Assembly (NCBI GenBank): GCA_963711565.1
Contig: CAVQEQ010000001.1
Location: 256,001-320,000 of the forward strand
Direction of reading: 5' to 3'
Length of the DNA: 64,000 nucleotides
Source: an uncultured delta proteobacterium
Lineage (GTDB): Bacteria > Desulfobacterota > Binatia > Binatales > Binataceae
Of this stretch, positions 9,796-18,942 are shown piece after piece. The position numbers and the translations under genes were made by a program. The notes under the pieces were generated by a model. That model saw nothing but the letters and a program-made list of their open reading frames with translations, did not search any database and was not told the DNA's origin. Every line of letters starts with the position of its first letter. Positions within the stretch are counted from its first letter, which is position 1.

Positions 9796-10800
9796 CTAGC
9801 CGCGCGACCGCAGCTGATCCCATCCTGCGGCAATCGGCGCGTTGGCACCAATCACGTTCAGCCGCTTGCCCCGAACGATCCGACCGATTCGCCGCACTGC
9901 AACGCGCAACCGACGCGACAGTTCGGCTTCGCTGTGACCGGGCCTCGCGCAGAAGATCAGTTCGTAGTCCTCGCCGCCGGTGAGCGCATGCACCATGTCC
10001 CCGCCCATCAGCGTGCGGTACGCCGGCGAGACCGGGATTCGCGGCGCGTCGATTTCAGCGCCGACTCCGCTTTGTTCGAGGATGTGCCCGAGGTCCTGCA
10101 TGAGTCCGTCGCTAACGTCGATTGCGGCGGGCGCGGGCCGGAGCGCCGCGAGCCGTTGCCCCGCGTACAGCCGCGCATGCGGACTCAGAAATCGCTCGAC
10201 GAGATATTTTTCTGACGCGCGATTCTTTTTCGCATCACCTCGAGTCCTCAGCTTGCCCGCCAGTATCCGCCAGCCCAGCGCTGCGTCGCCGAGCGTGCCG
10301 GTCACGAAGATTTCGTCGCCCGGCCGCGCCGCATCGCGCCGCATCACGCCGCGCCCGGCTTCGCCCAGGATCGCGATCGTGATCGAGAGCTCCCGCGCGC
10401 GGGTAATATTGCCGCCCACGATATCAATCGAGGCTTCGCGCGCCGCATCGCGCAGCCCCGAGTAAATTCGCTCGAGCGTCCGCGACGTAATTCCTTCGCG
10501 CACGCCGAGGTTCACGACGCAGGCCGTCGGCCGCCCACCCATCGCCGCGATGTCGCTCAAATTAACCGCGAGCGCGCGCGCACCGAGCGCTTCCGGCGTT
10601 CCCCATCGCAAATCGAAGTGAACCTTCTCGACGATGCTGTCGATAGTAAACAGCACCTGCCCGCGCGGCCGCGAGACAATCGCGCAATCGTCACCGGCGC
10701 CGAGAATCGTGCGGCGGCTGAGGCTGATTCCCGCGCTGAGTCGCGCGATCAGTTCGAATTCGCTGGGGAGTTTGCCGGACGCGCCAGAGCGTTTCCTCAC
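9796..10800 (-). CDS. thiL: Thiamine-monophosphate kinase
   Basis: EFELI, GDDCA, NLSDIAAMGG, DVSDGL, GGEDYEL. Confidence 0.95.
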   Translation of the reverse strand: MRKRSGASGKLPSEFELIARLSAGISLSRRTILGAGDDCAIVSRPRGQVLFTIDSIVEKVHFDLRWGTPEALGARALAVNLSDIAAMGGRPTACVVNLGVREGITSRTLERIYSGLRDAAREASIDIVGGNITRARELSITIAILGEAGRGVMRRDAARPGDEIFVTGTLGDAALGWRILAGKLRTRGDAKKNRASEKYLVERFLSPHARLYAGQRLAALRPAPAAIDVSDGLMQDLGHILEQSGVGAEIDAPRIPVSPAYRTLMGGDMVHALTGGEDYELIFCARPGHSEAELSRRLRVAVRRIGRIVRGKRLNVIGANAPIAAGWDQLRSRG

Positions 10801-12107
10801 GGCGTGCGCGCTTTCGGCGGTTGTGCCACGATCGGGAATTCCGCAACGAGAATCAGTCCCCGCCTGCCGGCCGCGAATCGCGCCCCCGTCCGTCCGCCAG
10901 CGGCCTCAGCCATCGCGCGTCCGATATACAGGCCGAGTCCGCGCGCGGCGGTGTGATTGCCGTTGCGGTTCGGGCGCTCGAACAGCGCATCGAGTTGCTC
11001 CTGCGAAAGAGTCGGGCCGGTGTCAGTGACCTCGATTGCGATCATCTCGTTTCGCACCCCGGCCCGCAGCGTAACTTCCCCGGTCGCCGTCCTTCCGATC
11101 GAATACGCGAGCATGTTTCTCACGATCCTCTGGAAATGCCGGCCATCGAGTGTGCACGGCGGCAGCCGCGAGATCTCGACCCGCAGATTCAGACGCCGGC
11201 GCCGCGCCTGCAGCCCGCAATCTTCCGCGACCTCGTTCAGCAGTTGATTCGGATCCAGCTCGACCGGCGCCGCGACGATGTCCTCATCCTGCGCCTCGTA
11301 GTAGTCCAGCACGTTGCTGACCACCAGGTCCATGTTCCACGCGGTCGATCCGATTCGCCCGAGCAGGTCCGCGCGCTCTTTGGCACTGATGTCCTCTTCT
11401 TCGAGCAGGTTCACATAGCCGCTCAGCGCCGCGACCGGGCTGCGGATGTCATGTGCCATCGTCGCGATTTGCGTCTGCCGAAACCGCGCCGCTTCCTCCA
11501 GGTCCCGCACCTGTTTCCTGAGACGCCGGCGATATCGCTCGATGAAGACCGACGTGTATTGCGCGAAGATCACCGCCGCGGCAAGCCCCATCCAGCGGTA
11601 CATGCCGTAGGGCGTTTCGATCGGCACGAAATATTCGCCTGCCGCGTAGCCCAGCACCGCTGTGAAAGCCATTAAAAACTGCCAGCCCGTGCCCCAGCTC
11701 ACGAACGCCGCGGTTGCCAGTGGGCACAGCATGATCGCGATGAAGCGCGACTCGGGGTCTCCCGTCTCCCCGCTGATCAGGATGAAGGTCGCAATCAGGA
11801 ACAGGTTGTAGAGCAGGATCCAGAATTTCCAATAACGCTTGAACGCGTCCGTCCATGACAGGCCGAAAAACAGGCAGGTCGCGGCCAGGATCAACCAGTG
11901 CGGCCACATGCCCGGAGCCTGCTTGCCGAACATGTGCTGGTCGTAGGCGAGGTACCCCAGCATGAGGAAGATTCCGAGCGCACCGCCGAGCTTCAGGACC
12001 CGCAGCGATTCCTCGTCATCCTCGGTCCAGCGGAACCCCGCAGTCGCACGGCCGCTCCCGGAATGTGTCAGTCCGGATGCGCCGTTGTATTTGCTGCTCT
12101 CCGCCAA
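10797..12107 (-). CDS. Membrane-bound histidine kinase with degenerate ATPase boxes
   Basis: Several TM helices; H-box AHDIRSP; N-box reads NMLAYSIGRT, G1 DTGPT, G2 ARGLGL. Confidence 0.8.
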   Translation of the reverse strand: MAESSKYNGASGLTHSGSGRATAGFRWTEDDEESLRVLKLGGALGIFLMLGYLAYDQHMFGKQAPGMWPHWLILAATCLFFGLSWTDAFKRYWKFWILLYNLFLIATFILISGETGDPESRFIAIMLCPLATAAFVSWGTGWQFLMAFTAVLGYAAGEYFVPIETPYGMYRWMGLAAAVIFAQYTSVFIERYRRRLRKQVRDLEEAARFRQTQIATMAHDIRSPVAALSGYVNLLEEEDISAKERADLLGRIGSTAWNMDLVVSNVLDYYEAQDEDIVAAPVELDPNQLLNEVAEDCGLQARRRRLNLRVEISRLPPCTLDGRHFQRIVRNMLAYSIGRTATGEVTLRAGVRNEMIAIEVTDTGPTLSQEQLDALFERPNRNGNHTAARGLGLYIGRAMAEAAGGRTGARFAAGRRGLILVAEFPIVAQPPKARTP

Positions 12108-12162
12108 TCAGGCTCCCCCTCCATTTTCATGCGCCCGTCTTCCAGAACCTCTAATGGTGACT

Positions 12163-13362
12163 TTAGCGCCGCGTTTCATCAAGCGCCTTTTTCATCGCGC
12201 TCAATGCAAAATCCACCTCGTCCGGCACGATCGTCAGCACCGGCGCAAGCCGGACGACGTTATCCGCGTTCAGCGTCCAGTTAACGATTACCCCGCGCGC
12301 CAAAGTCGCCGCGACAAACCGATGCGCCACCGCCGCGTCGCGAAATTCGATACCCACGATCATCCCGAGCCCACGCACCGCCGCGATTTCCGGCGCGCGC
12401 ATCGCCAGCAGGCGGCGCACGATCTCCTGGCCCATCGTCGCCGCGCGCTCGCACAAGCGCTCGCGCACGATCACGTTCAGAGCTGCAAGACCGGCCGCGC
12501 ACGAAAGCGGGTGCCCGCCGAAGGTGGTGATGTGTCCAAGCGGCGGATCGTGCGAAAGCGTGCCAAGCAGCTCGTTACGGCTGCATAACGCGCCCAGCGG
12601 CAAACCACCGCCGAGTGCCTTGGCCATCACGACGATGTCCGGCACGACGCCGAAATGCTCGAGCGCGAACATCTTGCCGGTGCGGCCGAAGCCGGTCAGA
12701 ACTTCGTCGAAAATGAGCGTCGCGCCTGCGCGATCGCATTGCTCACGCAGCGCACGGATGAAACCGGCCTCCGGGACGCGCACGCCGCCTTCAGCCTGCA
12801 CCGGCTCGACGACCACCGCCGCGATGGTCGAGTCGATTTTATCGAGCGCGCTTTTGTCGTCGAATAGCAGATGTCGCACCGGTCCGGGCAGGACGCCGAA
12901 CGGCTCGCGCATCGCGCGATTTCCGCACAGCGCGAGCGCGCCCATCGTGTCACCGTGATATGCGCCGTCAAACGCCACGAAGCCCGCGCGTCCGGTAAAC
13001 TTGCGCGCCGCCTTCAGCGCGCATTCGATCGCTTCCGCACCACTGTTCGTGAAATAGACGCGCTCGAGCGGCCGCGGCAGGATCTCGACCAGCCGCCGCG
13101 CCAGCATCACCTGGCTCTCGATCACGTACTCGCCGTAGACCATGACGTGCAGATGGCGTCGCGCCTGCGCTGCAATCGCCTCGAGCACTTCGGGATTCCC
13201 ATGGCCAAGCGCCGACACTCCAATCCCCGCGATAAAATCGAGATAGCGCCGCCCGTCCGACGCGATCAGCCACGAACCTTCGGCACGAGAGATCTCCAGA
13301 CCGATCGGAGCGTCGGAAGTCTGCGCCAGGTTCTGCCGGAACAGTTCGCCGAGTTCGCTCAT
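12163..13362 (-). CDS. Class-III PLP aminotransferase (ArgD-like)
   Basis: NSGAEA, YHGDT, EPVQAEGG, DEVLTGFGRTG, AKALGGG, TTFGG. Confidence 0.92.
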   Translation of the reverse strand: MSELGELFRQNLAQTSDAPIGLEISRAEGSWLIASDGRRYLDFIAGIGVSALGHGNPEVLEAIAAQARRHLHVMVYGEYVIESQVMLARRLVEILPRPLERVYFTNSGAEAIECALKAARKFTGRAGFVAFDGAYHGDTMGALALCGNRAMREPFGVLPGPVRHLLFDDKSALDKIDSTIAAVVVEPVQAEGGVRVPEAGFIRALREQCDRAGATLIFDEVLTGFGRTGKMFALEHFGVVPDIVVMAKALGGGLPLGALCSRNELLGTLSHDPPLGHITTFGGHPLSCAAGLAALNVIVRERLCERAATMGQEIVRRLLAMRAPEIAAVRGLGMIVGIEFRDAAVAHRFVAATLARGVIVNWTLNADNVVRLAPVLTIVPDEVDFALSAMKKALDETRR

Positions 13363-14558
13363 CGCGACCCCACCATCAAATCGAGGAACTTGCCCCCAGC
13401 GTGGCGCCAATCAAGCGGCGGCGATTGCATTTCGCCGGGCGCGCACACGTACGGTATCCCCATCGCCCGTGCCGCGATTTCGCAATCCTCGCCGACGACA
13501 GCCATCGCTTCGATCTGTCCCGAGACGCCCGCGATGCAAGCGCGAAATTCAGCGAGATCGCGCACTCCGGTCACGTGCACAGTCCTGAACCCCGGCGAGA
13601 CCATGAATGAATCGGGACGCGGCTCGAAAACCACCGTCCATTCAAGTCCGCGACCCTCGAACAACTCGACCGGCTCGCCCGCAATCGCACGCCACCGCGC
13701 GCGCTCCCGCACTCCGCGTATTTCGGCAGCATCGCGCAACGGGATGCGCGCCGGCGGCATCGATTCGCCGATACGTTCGAGCGCTCGCGACGTTCGGATT
13801 GCCAGCTCGCGCGCCGCGGCGCCTTCAGCACTCACGACAAACACGTGATGGAGCGACAGGCAGCCGAGTTGTTCGAACAATACGATATCGCGCGCGAGCA
13901 AGTCGGCGACCTCGTCGATTCGCGACGGAGCGATCGCGCCCCGCTCAATCAACGCGCCACTAACCCTGCTGGCGAACCCGATCACTTTGGGCGATTGCAA
14001 CGACTCGATCGTCGCGTCGTCGCCGTACGCGACCACTCGCTCGCATTTCGCAATTAATGCCGCAGTCAGGTCGGTGCGCGCGCGGCTCCAGTTGAGGACC
14101 TCGATACGCGCGCCAACCTCTCGATCGATCTCGGCCAGCGTGCGCGCAAATTCCGCGAAAAATATCGGCTCGGCCGATGCGGTTTTGATCAGCACTCGCG
14201 CGCCCCCAATCAGCGCGATCGCAATCTCATGGATTCCTGCGCCGGCGACGTTGCCGGCGGCAATAAATCCAATCGTCTTTGGCCCGCCAACAGTGGGGCG
14301 GGCCGCCGTGCCCGCCCTCGCCTTCAGCGCGTCGCTGCTGAACGGTTTCAGCAACGCGTCGATCGAGTTCTCGAGCATCGCTACGGAATAGCCCGCCGAC
14401 TGCGCGATTGCCGCGATCGCCTCGCGCCGGCGCGCGTAATCGCGACTCCGCCAGAGCTCGAACGTCCGTGCCAATGCATCGGCCATTTGCTCGCCGCTCG
14501 GGCCTGCGCTTTCCGCTTTGTGCACCTGCGCCGCGCCGGCGATGGACGTCGCACTCAT
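13359..14558 (-). CDS. LuxC-like acyl-CoA/acyl-protein reductase
   Basis: AAGNV, AYGDDATI, DIVLFEQLGCLS catalytic Cys, PGEMQSPPLDWRH tail. Confidence 0.82.
   Translation of the reverse strand: MSATSIAGAAQVHKAESAGPSGEQMADALARTFELWRSRDYARRREAIAAIAQSAGYSVAMLENSIDALLKPFSSDALKARAGTAARPTVGGPKTIGFIAAGNVAGAGIHEIAIALIGGARVLIKTASAEPIFFAEFARTLAEIDREVGARIEVLNWSRARTDLTAALIAKCERVVAYGDDATIESLQSPKVIGFASRVSGALIERGAIAPSRIDEVADLLARDIVLFEQLGCLSLHHVFVVSAEGAAARELAIRTSRALERIGESMPPARIPLRDAAEIRGVRERARWRAIAGEPVELFEGRGLEWTVVFEPRPDSFMVSPGFRTVHVTGVRDLAEFRACIAGVSGQIEAMAVVGEDCEIAARAMGIPYVCAPGEMQSPPLDWRHAGGKFLDLMVGSR
14293..14316 (+). repeat. REP-like 24-mer GTGGGGCGGGCCGCCGTGCCCGCC inside luxC-like CDS
   Basis: Identical to 47325-47348 and to the reverse complement of 35336-35359. 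Confidence 0.85.
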
Positions 14559-15658
14559 GGCAAATGCTCCGACGCTTCAGTCGCGGAGAATTGCCCTATC
14601 CCCAGTGCGCATCCACGAGCTTCTCCTGCCGCCCTGCCGAGCACGCGAACCCGTCCACCTTTGACGAAGCCCAGGTCTTCCGTCATGACGGCCGACACCG
14701 AGCCGACGTTGGCCAGATCAAAAAACGTAAGCAGCCCGATCTCCCCATCCGGCATCGGCCGCAACGTGACCGGATCCCGCGCCGTCACGCGCAGCCACGG
14801 GGGCGGAATCTTGAAGCGCTCTTCCGAGTCGGATCCGCCGGGGCAGTTGAACAACGTCGCGTCATAGAGCTGCGAGCACAATTCCGTCATCCCGTATTCG
14901 TTGATAACCGTCGCCGGCGAGATCGACAGCCATTCGCCTGCCAGCGCGAGCACTTCCAAGGCGTGCATCGGCACCGCCTGCCCCTTCGCTCCGCCGGTGT
15001 CCATCATGCGCGAACCAGCCGCGAGCCGAAGTTTCACGCCGCGACTGCGCAACTCGGAAAACAACGCCGCAAACGCAGCCGTCGTCCCCAACAGGCAAAC
15101 AGGCTCGCGACGTGCCTCGCATTCGGCAAGAAACGCGGTCGCCGCCGCCACATCGACCCGTTCGCGTGAGGCTGCCGCCAGATGCGTGCGCGTCGCGAAT
15201 TCTTCGATGCACCATGTGATCATCGCCGACAGCGACGACTCCGGCATCGCGTCCGCCGTCGGATGCATCGCGAGCATCGCCATTCTGCGAGCATCGGGGA
15301 ACAGCATTGTGCGCAGATGAGCGAGTGCCGACGCGCGATAAATCTCGGGCCGCGCAACAACGTGACGTCCGCGTCGCCCCCGCCCCTGCGTCGTCCCGCT
15401 CGTGAGAAAAACCGCCGCATCGGGCGATAGCGATGTGCCGTCAATCGCAAGGTCGGCGTACTTGAACGCGACATTGCTGACCGCCGGAACCTCCTCAACG
15501 CTACGAACCCCGTCATGCTCGACGCCGCGCCCTTTGCAGTAACGCCGGTACGCGCCAACTGTGTCAAATTGATGGCGAAAGACCGCCAATGCGAGCCGCT
15601 CGAACGACTCAGGCTCGGGCCTGTGGATAAACGTGAGAACCTGCTCGTAGATGGACAT
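14555..15658 (-). CDS. LuxE-like acyl-protein synthetase (ANL family)
   Basis: FLTSGTT, MDTGGAKG, EYGMTELCSQ, DLAN, TEDLG, LGR..EARGC. Confidence 0.85.
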   Translation of the reverse strand: MSIYEQVLTFIHRPEPESFERLALAVFRHQFDTVGAYRRYCKGRGVEHDGVRSVEEVPAVSNVAFKYADLAIDGTSLSPDAAVFLTSGTTQGRGRRGRHVVARPEIYRASALAHLRTMLFPDARRMAMLAMHPTADAMPESSLSAMITWCIEEFATRTHLAAASRERVDVAAATAFLAECEARREPVCLLGTTAAFAALFSELRSRGVKLRLAAGSRMMDTGGAKGQAVPMHALEVLALAGEWLSISPATVINEYGMTELCSQLYDATLFNCPGGSDSEERFKIPPPWLRVTARDPVTLRPMPDGEIGLLTFFDLANVGSVSAVMTEDLGFVKGGRVRVLGRAAGEARGCALGIGQFSATEASEHLP

Positions 15659-15978
15659 CGGCTTCGCGTCACGGGCCGGGCACGGACGATCATGGCATCG
15701 CCGCGCGCGCCCATTCAATCCTGTCCCGGCCCGATCAGCGTCAAAAATAGCCGTATTTACCTTGCTCTCGAAATGTTTTACACTCTGTTTGGTTGTGGGT
15801 GGCGGGGACGCCTCGGTGGCGGCCGTAGGGCCGGGCAAGCGGGGTTCTAAAGGTTACAGAACTATTGCTTAATTACTGCCGTCCTTTGTCACCCCCAAAT
15901 CGGGACGTAACGATTTTGCGCTAGCTTCGTAATTTTGTTAGACAGGATGCCATTGGCTCTGGGGAGAACCATCGCGAA

Positions 15979-16386
15979 ATGAAGAAATTCGCCGCCGGCG
16001 TAATGCTAGGCTTCGTTGCGAGTTGGGCTGTAGCGTTTGCGTCAGCCAACGTGAGCCACAATGGCAGTTTCTGGAACCGTCTCAACGGCGCTGCCAAAGA
16101 CGGCTACGTCAACGGCTATTCAGACGCGATGCGAGTCAGCGTCGGCAAGCTCAACGTCCTCAATTCCGCCGCCGACCTGTTTCACTGGAAGGGCGCCCGC
16201 CGCATCATTCACCAGCTCTCGGGGCAACTCTCGATGGACGACGTGAGTGCGAATCAGGCCGTCAAGCGGCTTGACGATTTGTATGCGAACCAGAAGTACA
16301 GCGAGCTGGATATCGGCGAAGCGTTGCAGACCCTTTCGATTCGTGCGAATGAAACCGCGATGCCCGACGCGCCCGTGAAAAAGTGA
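15979..16386 (+). CDS. Secreted hypothetical protein
   Basis: GGGGAG RBS; MKK-hydrophobic-AFA signal peptide; followed by terminator. Confidence 0.7.
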   Translation: MKKFAAGVMLGFVASWAVAFASANVSHNGSFWNRLNGAAKDGYVNGYSDAMRVSVGKLNVLNSAADLFHWKGARRIIHQLSGQLSMDDVSANQAVKRLDDLYANQKYSELDIGEALQTLSIRANETAMPDAPVKK

Positions 16387-16422
16387 AAAGCGCGAAGTAA
16401 CACCACTCGACTTTTCTCATCT

Positions 16423-16454
16423 GAGGCGGTCTCACAAGAGGCCGCCTCTTTTTT
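16423..16454 (+). terminator. Rho-independent terminator
   Basis: GAGGCGGTCTC-ACAA-GAGGCCGCCTC then T6. Confidence 0.8.
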
Positions 16455-16519
16455 CCCGCTGACGATCGCGCTTGAAACCACGACTGCGCGGTCCTAGCCT
16501 CATTCGCAGGACATCCGCC

Positions 16520-17428
16520 GTGAACGCACCTCCATTCCTGCTCGAAAAAGTTCTGCGCGCCGTCGTCGGCGTTCACTCGCATATCCCTCCGACCCACGTC
16601 TCGACCGCGATTGGCCTCGGCACCGATCGCCGCGGCACCGGCACAGTCGTCAGTCCCGACGGCCTGATCCTCACCGCTCACTACCTGTTGCTCGGCGCCA
16701 AAAACGTGATCGTCACGATGCCCGGCGGCGAGCAGCTCGAGGCGAAAATCGTCGGCAAGGACTACAGCACGGGCATCGGCTTGCTGAAGATCGATCGCAA
16801 AAAGATCCCCTGCGTGGAAGTCGTGTCGTCGGAAAAATGCGTGGTCGGGCAGGAGGCGTTCACCGTCTCGAGTCTCGGCGGCGAAAAGCGATGCGCCGAT
16901 TGCGGCATCATCACCTACCTCGGTCCTTTCGACGCGGTCTGGGAATTCGTGCTCGCGAAATGCGTCTCGGTCACCGCCTCGTCGCTGAACATCGGGATGA
17001 GCGGCGGCCCGATCTGCAACCTGTATGCGCAAGTGATCGGCATCAACTACCTGAACTTCGCCGACCTGAGCCGCGCGATTCTCGGTATCCCGGGCGAGAA
17101 CTTTCTCGCCGTCCGCGACGAACTGATGAAGCATGGCCGTCGCACTACCGCCGTGCCGCGCGCATGGCTCGGCGTGCTCTCGTACACCCTGCGCGAGCAC
17201 GTAGTGATCGCGGGCGTGATGCCGGGCAGTCCCGGCGAAAAGGCCGGCCTACAACAAGGCGATCTCGTCATTTCGATCGACGACACCGACATAAACGACC
17301 GCCGCGTGCTCTACGAGGCGCTCGCCAACCGCCGCCCCGGCGAGAACGTCAATCTCAAGGTGTTGCGCAACAATCGCGTTTACCAGCTCGACATCCCCGC
17401 CATCCGCGCCGAAGACTACTTCGCCTGA
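16520..17428 (+). CDS. S1C/HtrA-like trypsin + PDZ protein
   Basis: GTGTVV, LTAH, GMSGGP, WLGV PDZ, GLQQGD; start taken at GTG 16520. Confidence 0.85.
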   Translation: MNAPPFLLEKVLRAVVGVHSHIPPTHVSTAIGLGTDRRGTGTVVSPDGLILTAHYLLLGAKNVIVTMPGGEQLEAKIVGKDYSTGIGLLKIDRKKIPCVEVVSSEKCVVGQEAFTVSSLGGEKRCADCGIITYLGPFDAVWEFVLAKCVSVTASSLNIGMSGGPICNLYAQVIGINYLNFADLSRAILGIPGENFLAVRDELMKHGRRTTAVPRAWLGVLSYTLREHVVIAGVMPGSPGEKAGLQQGDLVISIDDTDINDRRVLYEALANRRPGENVNLKVLRNNRVYQLDIPAIRAEDYFA

Positions 17429-17447
17429 ATTCACGGAGCGTTCCCCG

Positions 17448-18290
17448 ATGAATGAACAAAGATCGCGGCTGCGCGACTTGCTCGCCGGCCCCGAAATGAT
17501 CGTCGCGCCTTTCGTCTTCGATTGCCTCCAGGCAAAACTGGCCGCCGCCGCCGGCTTCGACGCCATCTACATGACCGGCTTCGGCACGGCAGCCGCGCGC
17601 GGCTATCCCGACCTCGGCCTGCTCACGATGTCCGAGATGGCTGCCAACGCGCGCGCGATCTCGCAGTCGGTAAACGTCCCCGTCATCTGCGACGCCGACA
17701 CCGGCTACGGCAATCCGCTCAACGTTTGGCGCACCGTGCGCGAGTACGAAGACGCGGGAGCGTCCGCGCTGCACATCGAGGACCAGGTATTCCCCAAGCG
17801 ATGCGGCTTCCTCGCAGGCAAGCAGGTCATCGCGATGGAAGCGATGGTGCCGAAGGTACGCGCGGCCTGCGACGCCCGCCGCGATAAAAATTTGGTCATC
17901 ATCGCCCGCACCGACGCCCTCGCCGTCAACGGATGGGACGACGTAGTGCGTCGCGCACACTCCTACCGCAACGCAGGCGCCGACTTGATTTTCGTCGATG
18001 GAATCAAAACGGTCGACGACCTCAAGCATTACGCAGAAAAACTCGGCGACCTCCCGCTGATCTACAACGGCGACCTGCTACCCATTGACGAACTGAAAAA
18101 GTACCCCTTCAAGATCACCATCCACATCGGCACGATGCTGACGATCTACGACGCAATCCGCACGGCGATGACCGACCTGAAACGCACCGGCAAACTAAGC
18201 ATCGGCACCAGCGCAAACGTCTTCGAAGACTTCGTCCGCACAATGGGCGTCGCCGGGTACCAAACGCTGGAGAAGAAGTATGTGGACTAA
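17448..18290 (+). CDS. Isocitrate lyase/PEP mutase family (PrpB-like)
   Basis: DADTGYG, HIEDQ..PKRCG, IIARTDA. Confidence 0.9.
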   Translation: MNEQRSRLRDLLAGPEMIVAPFVFDCLQAKLAAAAGFDAIYMTGFGTAAARGYPDLGLLTMSEMAANARAISQSVNVPVICDADTGYGNPLNVWRTVREYEDAGASALHIEDQVFPKRCGFLAGKQVIAMEAMVPKVRAACDARRDKNLVIIARTDALAVNGWDDVVRRAHSYRNAGADLIFVDGIKTVDDLKHYAEKLGDLPLIYNGDLLPIDELKKYPFKITIHIGTMLTIYDAIRTAMTDLKRTGKLSIGTSANVFEDFVRTMGVAGYQTLEKKYVD

Positions 18291-18310
18291 ACAAGTGCTG
18301 GGAGGGCCCT

Positions 18311-18918
18311 TTCCTAACCTCCCCTTGTCCGAGGGGAGGTCGCCGCGCGCCGAAGGAGCGCGGCGGGCGGGGTGCAACGCGGGCCGACTCACAAAACCGA
18401 ATGGTCTAATCGATACCCACGACACCCGCTCCGCTGTCCGCACGGGCGAACCAAATTGAAAACCGTCTCGCTAACCCAACATCGCGCTCGCCAACTGCGT
18501 CACAACCAGACCGATGCCGAAAAGAAACTCTGGGCGCGTCTTCGATCTGGAGGACTTTCCGATCTCCGTTTCCGCAGACAATTCCCAATCGGCAACTTCA
18601 TCGCGGACTTCGCCTGCCCGAAGGCGCGACTGGTCGTCGAGCTGGACGGCGCTCAGCACCTCGACCGCACCGCGCAAGATGCCCGGCGAACAAAGCTGAT
18701 CGAGCAGCATGGCTACAGAGTGATTCGCTTCTGGGACAGCGAAGTGCTCGACAACGTCGCAGGCGTGCTCGAGAGAATCGAGCGGGCTCTTACGGGAGCA
18801 CCCGTAGCATGAAAGGCGATTAAACGAGTCGGGGTTGTGCAATGTCCGGCGCTGCACCTCTCCCGCCGCGCTCCTTCGGCGCACGGCGACCTCCCCTCGG
18901 ACAAGGGGAGGTTACGAA
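18311..18918. mobile_element. Putative DUF559 element bounded by 75-bp inverted repeats
   Basis: 18311-18385 vs reverse complement of 18844-18918: 68/75 identical by manual alignment. Confidence 0.65.
18456..18812 (+). CDS. DUF559 / Vsr-like endonuclease
   Basis: ARQLR..TDAEKKLW, FRRQFPIG, IADF, VELDGAQH, GYRVIRFW. Confidence 0.9.
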   Translation: MKTVSLTQHRARQLRHNQTDAEKKLWARLRSGGLSDLRFRRQFPIGNFIADFACPKARLVVELDGAQHLDRTAQDARRTKLIEQHGYRVIRFWDSEVLDNVAGVLERIERALTGAPVA

Positions 18919-18942
18919 TTTCCCGCCGCCGCCGCGTGCGCT

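Noticed and set aside
13359-15658. Bioluminescence operon
   Set aside because: No luxA, luxB or luxD in the window, and the third gene is an aminotransferase.
15659-15838. N-terminal extension of the LuxE-like ORF or an ncRNA in the GC-rich 15795-15850 stretch
   Set aside because: The extension looks non-coding, and no convincing RNA family or structure could be supported by eye.
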